NCBI GenBank assembly: GCA_964016885.1
Contig: OZ024742.1
Coordinates: 99,076,001 to 99,140,000, forward strand
Length of the DNA stretch: 64,000 nt
DNA from: Eledone cirrhosa
Lineage: Eukaryota
Reading direction: 5' to 3'
Shown piece by piece: positions 43,840 to 58,231 of the stretch. Positions within the stretch are counted from its first letter, which is position 1, and every line of letters starts with the position of its first letter. Below the pieces are notes generated by a model that saw only the letters and a program-made list of their open reading frames with translations, did not search any database and was not told the origin of the DNA. The position numbers and the translations under genes were made by a program.

Positions 43840-44048
43840 GTTACCGTATTCCTTTCGATATGAGCCTGATATCTTGGCACCAAGCAAGTTACCTATTAAT
43901 GATTGGCTGTCAAATAAATAACACTCACCAGATTGGAAATCGATTAAGAATTGGTAAGGAGCTAATTCATCATTTTTTTCTTTTTGCTTTAATATATCTC
44001 AGTGGTGTGGAGAATGTGTAAGTAAAACATACACGTGCACTTATACAT

Positions 44049-44087
<39 letters not shown>

Positions 44088-44092
<5 letters not shown>

Positions 44093-44385
44093 ATAATAAT
44101 AAATTGGAAGACTAAAATACAAAGAGGGCTCGATAAGGATAAATATATATCAAATATATAAGAACCGTAGAGCAAATATTTATTAAAATAACAGATTAAA
44201 GTTTAAGCAAAGAATCGCTGCTTTCACCCTTAACGGGATCTTCTGGAACTAACAAAGTCAATCTGTAAACGCAGAACTGGATATTTCAAAAATTGTTGCA
44301 ACCGGAGGAAGAAAGGAAGACGATACTTTGGTTCGTGGAAACGTTCGCTGGCAAAGAACGGGAAAGAACGAATAATACGTCAACA
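44088..44385 (-). mobile_element. family D pLTR 3' fragment with HHR at 44191-44266
   Basis: Near-identical to 8012-8305; abuts (TA)n. Confidence 0.85.
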
Positions 44386-44936
44386 ATGTGACCAATGATT
44401 TTGCAGCCGTGACAATATTTTTTTCATTATGAATTTGTTTTGAATTTGTTTTGAATATTTTTTGTATCCACAAATTATATACATCATAATATTATCTAAT
44501 GGAAAATTTTTTTAAGATAAAAGGTTATAGTTTGAGGGAAAATTCTTTGAATTTAAACTAGTCAGTTGATACGCATTGCCAAAGGGGTAATCCGTGGTTT
44601 TATCTAGGTCTGCTTATTTATGTATTCGTAGACATAGGTCTCCCAATCCAGTTAAAACGTTGAAGGGTGAAATGCTCAAAGAGATGAAATTTAAAAGATT
44701 TAAAACAAAACACAAACTCACATTCACACACAAATTATAAACATACAAATACACCAGGTTGTTCGTTGACTCTCAAGAGTTACTCCACCCATTGAAATAT
44801 TTTATTTTCAACCACCTGGATGTCCAAGATCACCCTCCTTACCAGGCAGCCATGATGGGGCTTCTAATTTAGTCAACGACGACAAGATCATGCAACTGGT
44901 CGTATATATACATATATACATACATCTATATATCTA

Positions 44937-44979
<43 letters not shown>

Positions 44980-44995
44980 ATGTGCGTGTGTGTAG

Positions 44996-45066
<71 letters not shown>

Positions 45067-45325
45067 ATATATATATATATGTATGTATGAGGGAGCTTAT
45101 AGGTAGGACAACACACGCTGTCTTTTCGTGGGGTAAGTTTTTAATTAATTTTTGTATTCTGAAACATCAAAATACAACAATTCTTTGCTCACTGGACTCG
45201 GGAATATCATGACAGAAGTTTGTGGAAGTTACACAAATATTTTCGTATATTTTACCAGAGCAATCCTTATTTATATTTTACATTTTACATTTACTTACAT
45301 CTCAACATAACATGGCTAAAATATG

Positions 45326-45397
<72 letters not shown>

Positions 45398-45398
<1 letters not shown>

Positions 45399-47018
45399 TT
45401 TATTGTTCTTTGAGTCTCAGTCATTGATGTTAGTTAACTGGAAAGTTTGTTGAGATGAATATCAAGCCACTACCTGCAGCCTCAGATATTCAGGACGTAT
45501 CGGAGGGTTCTTGCTGTTCCCAGCAAGCATGCCTTTTGAAGCGTTCCAAAAAGCGTGAAGGGGACAATTTTCTTTAACCATCCCTGGAAACTTTTTGAGA
45601 TAGTCCCTAGTGCGCCTATGACAATCGGGATCACTTTGACTTCATGGCAGTTCCAAATCCTTTTTACCTCTCACATTAAGTCCTGGTATCGGTTAATTTT
45701 CTCCCTCTCCTTCTCTTGCACTCTCGTGTCGAATGGGCAGGCCACATCCACAATCAGGCACGATCTTTTTTCTTTGTCCAAAACCACCAGGTCAGGTCTA
45801 TTGTGTTCCAGTTTCTTGTCCGTCTGTATCCTAAAATCCCACAGCATCTTCACCTGATCGTTTTCTATCACCGCCTCTGGCTTATGCTCATACCACTTCT
45901 CAGAATGTGGTAAATTGTTTACTTTGCATAGGTGCCAGTGGATCACCCTGTACATCACATCATGTCTCCAGCCCTTATAGTGAGTCTGGGCTAGGTGTTT
46001 ACACTCGGATACAATGTGAGCCACAGTCTCCTCTCTCTCTCCACAGATCCTTGTAAATGTGGTGTTTCAACCACTTCGTTTTGAGGGCCTGCTCCTGCGC
46101 AGCCATTAACATTCCTTCTGTAGCCTTTTTAAGGTCTCCTCTTTTCAACCAGTTCCATGTCTGTGGATCTCTAAATTCCGTTTTCTCAAAGAAGGTACTA
46201 TGAAGGGATTTTTCCTGAAGGCTGCTCTTTCTCCTTGATGTTATTTCCTCCTTGGACATCCCCTGGCCTATTGTCCCCGCCTTCAGTACAGTTCTGAGCA
46301 TTGGCTCCTTACTATCAGTCACGTATTTGTGTAGGTTGTTTTTCTCCATCTGAACACAGTCCTCTATGCTGATAAGACCCTTCCACCCTCAGATCTCCTT
46401 AAGTAGAGTCTATCGACATCACTCCTTTTGTGGAACATATTGTAGATAGTCAATAGCTTCCTAGTCTTCCTATCCATTTCTTTTTGTTCAGCAACATTCC
46501 ATCTCAGAATTCCCGCACTGTACCTAATAATAGACACAGCTCGGGAATTTACTGCACTTATGGCATTCCTACTGTTCAGATGTGACTTTAATACGCTCCT
46601 TACTCTCCGAAGGTATTCAGTTCTTATCAATTCCTTCATTTTTTTTGTTCTTGATGTCATCAGCCTCCAGAACGCCCAAATACTTGTATTCTTCCTCAGA
46701 GTCAATTTCTTTTATCATCTCACCTGTTGGTATCTGGATTCCGTTACTTCTGCTCAACTTACCCCTCCTCATCACAATGACTCCACACTTACTAATACCA
46801 AATTGCATACATATATCATTGCTGAAAATACGGACAGTGTCAACAAGCACATCCAACTTCTTCTCACTCTTCCCGAAGAGCTTAATATCGTCCATGAAGA
46901 GGAGGTGATTGATGGTAAGTCCTCCCTTTCCCAACCTGTATCCTGCTCTCACTTTTCGCAGTACACTGGTCAGGGGCATCAGGGCAAGGACAAACAACAG
47001 AGGGGACAGACTATCTCC
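45398..47018 (-). mobile_element. 5'-truncated R4/Dong-clade LINE inserted in (TAA)n
   Basis: NHLLFMDDIKLF, YKYLG, RHD, WDFRIQTD, RPDLV, IVDVACP (RLE); (TTA)n on both sides. Confidence 0.9.
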
Positions 47019-47164
47019 TTATTATTATTATTATTATTATTATTATTGCTACTATCATTATGACTTTTTTTTTTTTTTTCCCAATTCAATAATGTTCCAG
47101 AACAATAAAAAAGAGATAATTGGCAATTTAGATTCTGGAACAAAAAAGATAATTGGCAATAAGG

Positions 47165-50100
47165 GCAAGGGCCCCAGGTTATCACAGCCTGGGCTCTCTC
47201 GTCATCGTGCCTTTGTAATAGAGCCAAACAAGGCATTTTGTCTTGGCTGCTGGAACGTACGGACGCTGCTTGACAGGGATTCCTTGGAGCGTCCTGGACG
47301 AAGGACCGCTCTTTTTGAAAAGGAGCTTCGACGTTACGATCTTGACATCGTGGCTTTATCTGAGACGAGGTTAGCTGGAGATGGTCATCTTACAGAATTT
47401 TGTGGAGAATATACATTCTTCTGGAAAGGAAGAGATGAAGGAACCAGAAGAGAGGCTGGGGTAGGATTTGCTGTTAAGACTTCTTGTGAATAAATTAGAA
47501 GAATTCCCAGTAGGGATTAGTGAGCGTCTTATGTCCATGAGAATTCCGCTGGACAAAGGAAGATATGCGACCCTGGTGAGTGTGTATGCTCCAACTATGA
47601 ATTCTCTCGATGAAGAAAAAGTGTCCTTTTATCATGCCTTGAAATGTGTTTAAAAAAATATCCCTCGGGCAGAAAAAGTCATCGTGCTTGGTGACTTTAA
47701 TGCTAGAGTGGGTAGGGATTTTAACACATGGAATGTAATCGGAAGGCATGGGGTGGGAAAGTGTAACAACAAAGGTTTGCTCCTGCTGCAGATGTGTGAG
47801 GAACTGGATCTGTGTGTTACCAACACCATGTTCCAACAAAAGAACAAATTCAAGACCACATGGATGCATCCTGCATCTAAGGAATGGCATCTTTTGGAAT
47901 ACGTCCTAGTCAGGATGCGTGACAGACAGGATGTGCAGTGTGTTCATGCTCTTCGTGGAGCTGAGTGCTGGACGGACCACCGCCTGGTACGCGCAAAAGT
48001 GAAACTAATCACTAAACGTAAAATCCGGGCTCCTGGTGTTGCCCTGCCCAAAAGATTGAATGCTGCTCGTCTTAAGGATAAAAATGTGAAGAGGACATTG
48101 GAAGAAGAGATTCAGGCTGCAGATCTTGGTGAGGATTGGCCGACCCTTAAAAAGTCGGTTTATGATGTAGGCAGGCGTGTTCTGGGATTGGTGCAGAAAA
48201 AACATCAGGACTAGTTTAATGAGAATGATGTATATATAGAAGACTTGTTGGCTGGTAAGAGGCGTGCTCTGTCACACTACTTGACGGCAAAACCACAGGA
48301 GAGGAATACGTTGCATGAGGAACTCAAGGATGTGAAATCACGTGTTAGGCGGAGTCTTTCTCAGATGAAGGATCACTGGTGGAGTGAGAAGGCTGGTGAG
48401 ATACAAACAGCGTCAGATTCCAATAACACAAAGCTGTTGTACAGTCTATTGCGTGAGGTTTATGGACAGTCTTCTTCTCTGGTGACACCGCTTCGCAGCA
48501 AGGATGGCAAAGAACTTCTTCGTGACTCACAGGAATTCTACATGGTGGCGAGAGCACTTTGATGATCTTTTGAATCAGCCGTCTGTCGTCAGTGAAGATT
48601 TCCTCAATCTCATTCCAGAAAGTCCTGTGAAAGTAGCTCTCGCAGAACCTACGACGCTTGTGGAGGTTGCAGTGGCTATCTCGAAGCTGAACAGTGGAAG
48701 GTCCCCGGGTATGGATACATACATGCTGAGCTCCTACAATATGGTGGTGAGAGATTCCTGCAACATCTTCACTCTTTGTTTGGCAGGATATGGGCTAATG
48801 AATCCGTTCCTGAGGACTGGAGAGATGCAGTAATGGTGGTCTTGTACAAGGGAAAGGGTAACAGGAATGATTGTGGGAACTACAGAGGTATATCATTGCT
48901 TTCTGTCGTAGGGAAAGTTTTATGTAGGGTGCTTCTGGACCGTCTGCTGACACACATTGCAGAATGTGTTCTTCCTGAAAGTCAATCTGGTTTTCGTGCT
49001 GGACGCGGCACTACTGATATGATCTTTTCAGCTAGAGAGCTCCAGGAGAAGTGCATGGAACAAGGTTTGGATCTGTATCAGGTTTTGTCGATCTGACAAA
49101 AGCTTTCGATACTGTTAACAGAGATGCATTATGGAAGGTTCTCCAGAAACTTGGTTGCCCTGATAAGTTCCTTGCTTTAGTTAGGTCTTTCCATGACGAC
49201 ATGAAGGCTTGGGTTAATGTTGGAGGTAACATGTCGGAGCCTATCTCAATAAAAAAATAGAGTGAAACAGGGGGATATTCCAGCACCGACCCTGTTTGCC
49301 ATATACTTTGCAATGGTTTTCTGTATTGCATTCAGGAATTGCGAGCATGGTGTTTACATCCGATATCGAAGCTCAGGCAGCATATTTAACATCAGGCGCT
49401 TTGCTGCAAAGACAAAAGTATTTACATCAATTATAAGAGACCTCTTGTATGCAGATGATTGCGATCTTGTAGCGCACACAGAGAGTCATATGCAGCACAT
49501 TTTGAATGCATTTTCTGACGCTTGCACTGCCCTAGGATTGACTGTCAGTCTCAAGAAAACCGTCGTCATGTACCAACCTGCCCCTGGTAAGCAGTACACT
49601 GAACCAAATATCTATGTGTATGGTAAACGACTTGGAGTGGTTGATCAGTTTGTCTACCTGGAAAGCACTGTCAATCGATACAGCAACCTTGACAGTGAAC
49701 TCTCACTTAGGATTAGGAAAGCAAGTGATGCTTTCGGAAAGCTAGAAAGGCGACTCTGGGGTCGGCGAGACATATGCAGGAGGACAAAGGTAAAAGTGTA
49801 CAAGGCATGTGAGCTCTCTTGTCCTCTTTATGCCTGCGAGACCTGGGTCACATATCGACACCGCCTTAAGCAATTGGAGTGTGTCCATCAGATGTGTCTC
49901 AGACGGATCCATGGCGTTCACTGGAGGGACCACATCAGTGATGTCGAGATTTTGGAAAGCTCTATGTGTGACAGTATAGAAGCTCTTGTACTTAAACAAC
50001 GACTCGTTGGAGTGGTCACCTTGCCAGGATGAAAGATTCTAGAATACCAAAAACAACTCTTTTATGGAGAGTTGGTTAAAGGAAAACGACGGCCACATAA

Positions 50101-50630
50101 ACCAAAAAAGTTTTATAAGGATTCCTCGAAATCCTCTTTGAAAGACGCTAACATCTCTGCTGATACATGGGAAAATATTGCTGTTGATCGTAATAAATGG
50201 AGAAAGACTGTATATGAGGGAAAAGTTGCCTTTGAGGCATCTCGAATAGCATAAGAGAAAGTAAAGTGGGGTGTGAGGAAGGGCATTGCTGTTGCACTTC
50301 CAGACGGCGAGGGTCCTCCTATGGTGATGACATGCAGCGTCTGTGCGAGACTCTGCCTAAGCAAAGCTGGACGCGAAAGTCATCTTCGCAGTCATAAAGT
50401 AAGACCAGTGGTTGACTACCAGGCTGATGTTGGAGATGCTACTCATCATGCTTGCCAAGCATGTGGTAGAGAATGTAAATCAGCAGGAGGGCTCAGCGAC
50501 ATGCAAAAGTACATGAACTCCAACCATAGCCGGCTATTCCCAGTGAATGTTTTGGTTGCCGACTCTGTGCAAGACATTATAGATCAGTGGCTGGGCTAAA
50601 AACCACATTCGATCGCAGCGCTGGTAGTTG
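47165..50630 (+). mobile_element. near full-length degenerate RTE-clade LINE (APE + RT + C2H2 fingers)
   Basis: WNVRTL, ALSETR, GDFNARVG, TDH, NYRGISLL, QSGFR, QG, YADD, C-terminal CxxC fingers; several frameshifts and stops. Confidence 0.93.
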
Positions 50631-50809
50631 CTATCGTGTGTGTGTGTATAGATATGTTTATGTGTGTGCGTGTGTCTGTATATATATATGTATATGTATA
50701 ATATTATTGTTGTTGTTGTCGTTATTATTATTGTTGTTATTATTATTATTATTATTGTTATTAATGTATATGTGTGTATATATATATATATGTGTGTATA
50801 TATATATAT

Positions 50810-50846
<37 letters not shown>

Positions 50847-50850
<4 letters not shown>

Positions 50851-51055
50851 AACCAGTAAGACCCCGACGGCTGAGCTCAAGCCGTTTCGACGGCTAATTC
50901 TGGACTAAAACTGTTAGTCCAGAATTATCCGTTGAAACGGCTTGAGCTCAGCCGTCGGGGTCTTACTGGTTTCTATTACCCACTCTACTACCCTAAGTAT
51001 TGAGTACTTTGGTGCGTTATGGTCCACCTGGTTCCTTACCACATTTCCTTCGTTA
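50847..51055 (+). mobile_element. family A pLTR end as hairpin (arms 50847-50975) plus tail
   Basis: Inverted copies of GAAACGGCTTGAGCTCAGCCGTCGGGG; inserted within (TA)n. A similar shorter remnant lies at 34056-34155. Confidence 0.8.
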
Positions 51056-51167
51056 TATATATATATATATATATATATTTCTTTTTTTTTATTTTATTTT
51101 ATTTATTTTTGTTTTTTCTCGTGCAATGGGAATACTCGATAACGCGGGGGCAGCCTCATATATGTAC

Positions 51168-51255
<88 letters not shown>

Positions 51256-51256
51256 G

Positions 51257-51307
<51 letters not shown>

Positions 51308-51468
51308 ATATGTATGTATATGTATATGTGTGTTCGTGTGTGTATGTATATATATATATGTATATGTATGTATATATATGTATATATATATGTATATATA
51401 TGTATATATATATTTATATACATATACATTTATATATATACATATATATAAATATATATATATATATA

Positions 51469-51504
<36 letters not shown>

Positions 51505-52200
51505 TACAGTGTACTGGCGAGAAGAGATATTGCATACAAAGCTGAAAATTTCATGACACGAACAATTCCAATTGAAACAACAGTAAGATGCTTTCTGTAT
51601 GTCGATCATGGTGCATGTACAAGTATGTGAATAAAGTTCATTATAATATAGAACACGAAATGAATCTACATAGAAGAGATTAATTGATAATTATACAATT
51701 TCATGTAAAAAAAGAAAGAATAGATTAACTTTGAATGTTGAAAGAAGTAATAGATGTCAACGTCAACGAACAGACACCACACATGAAATGTTCTATAAAA
51801 GTAACTTGGAGTTAAGAGTTCTAGAAATTTTCTATACAGCGATGAAGATATTATCAGTTATAACATCATACTAAAGTTTACTTGCTGCCTTAAAAATAAA
51901 ACGACAATACATGCCACTATCTGCTACACCTCAATTGATATAGATCACCACGTTATTGTTGAAAATAAAAAGGAAATAATACTTAAATTCATTAATAAAA
52001 AAAATATTTAACTGGAACACAAACGTATCTTCAATGTGACATTTTGAAAAGGAAAGCTGTTCTCACTCATATATATATATATTGTGTGTGTGTGTATGTA
52101 TGTGTGTGTGTGTGTGCGCGTGTGCGAGTGTGTGAGTGTGTGCGTGTGTGCGTGTGTGCGTGTGCATATATAATTGCATATATGTGGTTAGCACATGGAT

Positions 52201-52237
<37 letters not shown>

Positions 52238-52380
52238 TAACATTAAGGCCATATATATTACAAAAGTTGAATTACTAAGTCATGTGTATACGTGTATATT
52301 AAGTGATATTTCTGTACATATTTATATCTACCCTCATCTCTTGCTCTTCCTAACGCTCTCTCTCTCTCCCGCTCTCTCTC

Positions 52381-52574
<194 letters not shown>

Positions 52575-54849
52575 GTGTATGTATGCATATATATGTATGC
52601 ATGTATATAAGTTTAGTTTAATACGTAAATACAATTAAATATCCAATAATTCAATAAAGATAGATTCTTCAATTGAATTTTGCTTAAACTTTGCTTATAC
52701 GGTTCATAAATGTATTTTAAACTCATTAACCTACATATACAGTATTCATTAGAGCCAGCCATAATCGAATCAAGATGGAGGAAAAGATAGAAAGTTTCCG
52801 AATTAAAAAAATATGTATAATACTTTGAGAAATCTGTAGCCTTGCCTATAACGAATTCAAGTAAAACGTTCAATCTTCTGATCAGGATTATCTGTAAGAG
52901 GTCTTTTTTTAACACTCTCGTAGCGACTTTATTTTTATTTTTATGGTTTTCATTCGCTTTCGTCCAGCGGCTTCCATCTGGAGTGTGCCTCTTCAAAGTC
53001 AATTCAGTCTGGAGTTTTCATGCGATAAATAAGTAGTCGTGCATGTATGCAGGTTCATTCTCTACGACAAATGCTGACGAACGCAAATCATTAAGAGCAG
53101 AAATATATACGGGGATTCATCGCGTTCGACCCTCGAAGTTGCGATATTACCCCCCTTTGAATGTTACCTTTTTATCGATCCTGAAATGATTAAAGGCAGA
53201 GTTTAATACGGCGAAATTTTAACTGAGAATCGGAAAAAATACTTCGATGCATTTTTAGTCAATGTTATACCGCCTCCGCTAATTTGCTGTGAGACTTATG
53301 ACTAGAAACTGCTATATCATATTTCTACTTATGGGACAGTTAGTGTATACCACCCAGAGATGCCAATAGATTCGTTGGGGTGATGTTTTTTTTGTGAATA
53401 TTACTTATGCATATTTAGTGCGGTCCTAGAGGTTGCCTTTCAAAGGAGGTATATTTGGGTAATTTAAAGATAGAGGTTACCTAGAAGACACGAATCCATT
53501 CATGTGATCCTTTTTCCAGAGTGAGAAGGCAGGAGTTGAACTCAGAATGTACAGTGCTAAACAAAAACCTCGTGACGACACATCCGATGATGTATCAAAT
53601 TCGTCAATATACAATCATGAATTCGTAAATTATTTGTACTCGAAATTTTGAATAGAAAATATAACATCAGCCTGATTTGAAATCAGAGTGCTGAGACCCG
53701 GAATAAATACAGCAAAACGTGTTATCTACACTCAAAAGAGTTTGGCATTTCGCCTCTGATTTATAAAATGGCTAAGTGAAAGCTTGTTCTGACTTTCAGC
53801 AATTTAATCTTACAAGCATATTTCTAATTCATAACGATGATTTTTGTTTTAGTTTTTTCATAAAAAATAGTACATATTCAATAGTACATATTCATATAGT
53901 GACAGTGCCCTTCTACGTCTCACATGTTTTTATTCTTGGCAGAGTTTTTAGTGTGAAGGGAAAAGGCTTAGCGGTAATTGTCATGGTTCTTTACAAACTG
54001 AACTCAAATCTAGCATTGATCAAATTTGAATTTCATCCTTGCGAAGCCGATGAATTAAAGTATCATTCAATTACCGTGGTTGATATAAACGACCTTCGGT
54101 CGCGCCACAACTTCTGTTGTAAAAAAACATACCGATTCTAAAATTTCCCCATAATGGATATTATGATATAATTTAATTCCCATTTTCATTTCGCCCGATT
54201 TTGACAAGGATTTTAAGTTCCTGAATACTGTAATGACTGGAAATGAGACCCCTAAGTACGGGTACGACTCGGCATCGAGAGATCATTCAACAAAGGGAGG
54301 GTTCTAACATAGCCAAGGACCAAAAAGAGGCTTCAAATTTAGGACAAAATCAAGAAGCATCGGGCACCTCGAGTACACAGCGGAAAAACAAACAGATTCA
54401 AAGGAGTACTATCAGGAATTCTTCTGATTCCGTCGTGATACTGCTCGCCGTAGCTGACTGGATCTGTGATTACACGCAAATCTGGCAACTCCGTCATAAC
54501 AACGCCCTGCCTCATCCACCGCAGAAGATACAAGTTTTTATCGCAAAGAAAATTATTTCCTCCCTCAAGCATGTCTCCTATTCACCTCTTTTGACTTCTT
54601 CTTCAAGATGCCACTGAAAGTCTACCAAGTTCAGAGCCAAGAAGACATCGTGCAAACGGTCGTGACGGAACTAAGACCTATACCTGAATATGCAATACAG
54701 ACATGAAAAGATGACGCAGCTAGGCTAAGTATGAGGAAGTACAAGGGACCTACTTCGAAGGAGAATAGGATTTGGACCCCAGCAAATAGGTAATTATCCC
54801 CAGCCTGAAATATTTCATACTTTACGCAAGCACAAAAACATATATATAT

Positions 54850-54980
54850 AAGGGTGAAAGCAGCGATTCTTTAATCTGTTATTTTAATAAATATTTGCTC
54901 TAGGGTTCTTATATATTTGATATATATTTATCCTTATCGAGTCCTCTTTGGATTTTGGTCTTCTCATTTATTATTATTAC
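54850..54980 (+). mobile_element. family D pLTR tail fragment
   Basis: gggtgaaagcagcgattc plus bulged hairpin at 54897-54942. Confidence 0.75.
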
Positions 54981-54985
54981 TATAT

Positions 54986-55036
<51 letters not shown>

Positions 55037-55040
<4 letters not shown>

Positions 55041-55197
55041 AACCGGTAAGACCCCGACGGCTGAGCTCAAGCCGTTTCGAAACGGCTTGAGCTCAGCCGT
55101 CGGGGTCTTACCGGTTCCTATTACCCACTCTACTACCCCAAGTATTGAGTACTTTGGTGCGTTATGGTCCACCTGGTTCCTTACCACATTTCCTTCG

Positions 55198-55200
<3 letters not shown>
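55037..55200 (+). mobile_element. family A pLTR end: perfect 84-bp palindrome (55037-55120) plus tail
   Basis: Centre tttc|gaaa at 55078/55079. Confidence 0.85.
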
Positions 55201-55289
<89 letters not shown>

Positions 55290-55294
<5 letters not shown>

Positions 55295-55518
55295 TAAATG
55301 GAAAATATCTTTATAATACCATAATTATTTTATTATACGTGTCATTGAAATATATAAAATAAAATAAATATGGTATTATAAAGATATTTTGCAGTTATTA
55401 ATATAGTTAATATTAATAGTACTCAAGATAAATATTGTAGAGTGGTTCAAATCTGTTATAAAATTAACTTTGTTAAATGATAATCAACAAACCATATAAC
55501 TCATTGTTTATATATATA

Positions 55519-55563
<45 letters not shown>

Positions 55564-55718
55564 AATAAGTTTTATGGTTTGTTGATTGATTATCATTCAA
55601 TAAAGTTAATTTTATAACAGATTTGAAGCACTCTACAGTTTTATCTTGAGTATTATTAATATTTACGATATGGAAAATATCTTTATAATACCATATTTAT
55701 TTTATTATATATATTTCA
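55290..55718. repeat. tail-to-tail copies of a family H-related module around a (TA)n tract
   Basis: ~55350-55510 is inverted relative to 55560-55718. Arms begin with GAAA-UAUAUA-(U/A)A-auaaaau, like the 3' half of the 62458 HHR. Confidence 0.7.
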
Positions 55719-55754
55719 AAAATATACACACAAATATACGCAAAAATATACGCA

Positions 55755-55785
<31 letters not shown>

Positions 55786-56048
55786 TAAAGAGGGGTAACA
55801 TTTCCAGCGCAACGCTAAGCGGTCGGGATTTTTCCTATATCTATAGGAAGTCTGCATCTCTCCATCATTTGAGTACATCCATGCACTCAAATTGGTTCGG
55901 TTAGAATTTTAATAGTACGCACTTAATTAAATTGTTGAGGGAGGGGGGGAACAACCAAAGCTGTGTCCATTCTATTCAATAAGCTTCATCAGATAATTAT
56001 AAATATATATATATATATTTACCAATGATAAACAATACAACTTAAATA

Positions 56049-56086
<38 letters not shown>

Positions 56087-56150
56087 ATACTTGGGGAGGG
56101 TCATATTTGTGTAATAATATTGCCAGAATTAATAACAGAACACACACTCA

Positions 56151-56223
<73 letters not shown>

Positions 56224-56545
56224 TTGAAAAAAATGAAAACGAAATTTCATTTCTCACTCTTAGTATGGCACTTACTTAAATGTAAGTATGTATGTATACG
56301 TACATACATATATGTATACAGACGTACAGTAGCATGCATATATATACATATATATATATATATTTATATACATATATATACATGCATGCACACAGGTACA
56401 CATACATATATGCACGCATCAGTTTAGCCGACGTTTATTATAACGCAGCTTTGTTCGTTTGTTTGTCAACAAACAGAACAGCCTGAATTTATGCCATACG
56501 GTGTTAAGGCAACCACGTCACCTTTTGGTTCAACACTGACACAGG

Positions 56546-56590
56546 AACGATGTACTAGTTTCAAGCTTGTTAGCTATCATCAGCACCGTT
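56546..56590 (-). ncRNA. minimal type I hammerhead ribozyme (canonical core)
   Basis: aacggug-CUGAUGA-u agcu aaca agcu u-GAAA-CUAG-UA-caucguu. Confidence 0.92.
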
Positions 56591-57035
56591 TACCCATCTG
56601 CCAGATAGTTGAACGTTCGAAAGTATATACTTTCCTTATGAAAATTAACGGCTGAGCAGCCTAATTTGCATATTGAGTGAGTTAAATCGGTCAGGCATAC
56701 CGAAAACGATAAGTTGAAAAAAATGAAAACGAAATTTCATTTCTCACTCTTAGTATGGCACTTACTTAAATGTAAGTATGTATGTATACGTACATACATA
56801 TATGTATACAGACGTACAGTAGCATGCATATATATACATATATATATATATATTTATATACATATATATACATACATGCACACAGGTACACATACATATA
56901 TGCACGCATCAGTTTAGCCGACGTTTATTATAACGCAGCTTTGTTCGTTTGTTTGTCAACAAACAGAACAGCCTGAATTTATGCCATACGGTGTTAAGGC
57001 AACCACGTCACCTTTTGGTTCAACACTGACACAGG

Positions 57036-57080
57036 AACGATGTACTAGTTTCAAGCTTGTTAGCTATCATCAGCACCGTT
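57036..57080 (-). ncRNA. minimal type I hammerhead ribozyme (canonical core)
   Basis: Identical to 56546-56590, offset 490. Confidence 0.92.
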
Positions 57081-57306
57081 TACCCATCTGCCAGATAGTT
57101 GAACGGGCTCATCTGTTTGTTGACAAACAAACGAACAAAGCTGCGTTATAATAAACGTCGGCTAAACTGATGCGTGCATATATGTATGTGTACCTGTGTG
57201 CATGTATGTATATATATATGTATATAAATATATATATATATATGTATATATATGCATGCTACTGTACGTCTGTATACATATATGTATGTACGTATACATA
57301 CATACT

Positions 57307-57380
<74 letters not shown>

Positions 57381-58044
57381 ATAGAAAGCTCTTTCAGCTT
57401 TTGTTTATAAGCAGCGGAGAATTTGAAATTAGATAGTGAAAATAGTGCCACCGTTGTATTTTTGACTAATATTTTGGAGTTATAAAAAGCCACATAAATG
57501 GAAAATTTGTGTGAATGGCGTATTGATGTAAGGGTAACACAATGGCCATGGTATCCAGAGATGGCGGTTCGTGCCCAATGTATGTCAATGCTCATTCTTT
57601 TTTCTATTTCTGTGGGTTTTTATAACTCCCAATTATTAGACTAACTAGCAGAAAAACCACCCCCGGGTGGTTTTCAGCTAGCATGTGTAATGTGCATATT
57701 GATATTATACGCAAGTATATATGCATGTAGATATGATACATCAAATAAAATCGTAATTGAAAATATACACAGAAATTGAAAGAAGACTGCGTCACACTCT
57801 TTTATGTAGTCAGTAACGTACTCCATGATACATTAAAAAAAGACGATATTATATATATACTGTATTAGGAGAAAATTAGTGACGGAAATATATCAATCCT
57901 TATTTAAGCGATCGCTAACCAGAAGTGTTGACATTTGAAAATTTTAATGAAGTGAATCTTTAATAAACAATAAAATATATTTAATCAACAGCTACGAAAT
58001 GTAGTAGATAAATTATGTAATATTCATTCATTATTTATTCGAAG

Positions 58045-58231
58045 GGTGGTGGATTGGCAGTATCGGTAGAGGGTCGGACGCCATGCTTTGACGCATAGAG
58101 TTACGGCCCTTGCCATTCTGTGTTCAAATCCTGCCGAGGTTAACTTTACCTCTCATCCTTACGGGGTCGATAAAATAAAGTACCAGTAATGCACTGGGAT
58201 AATTGCTGGCCTTGTGCCAAAAGTAGAAACA
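58045..58231 (+). mobile_element. tRNA-derived SINE with 15-bp TSD
   Basis: A/B boxes; TSD attatttattcgaag at 58030-58044 and 58232-58246. Confidence 0.92.

Larger units (their letters stand above)
56219..57310 (-). repeat. retrozyme-like tandem array family B, 490-bp unit (~1.8 copies plus inverted partial copy 57112-57310)
   Basis: aagttgaaaaaaatg at 56221 and 56711; the copies are nearly identical. Confidence 0.92.

Noticed and set aside
53074-53112. CUGACGA...GAAA-UAUA-UA
   Set aside because: Stems I and II have 2 bp or fewer; single copy; compatible with chance
54243-54800. 124-aa ORF in a higher-complexity stretch
   Set aside because: No recognisable motif or splice context; probably decayed LINE
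55625-55655. acuc...uu gagu resembling the bulged hairpin
   Set aside because: Lies on the strand opposite the family H ribozyme half, and the inner stem is poor
58045-58135. tRNA gene
   Set aside because: A/B boxes belong to a SINE head; no cloverleaf, followed by SINE core and flanked by TSDs
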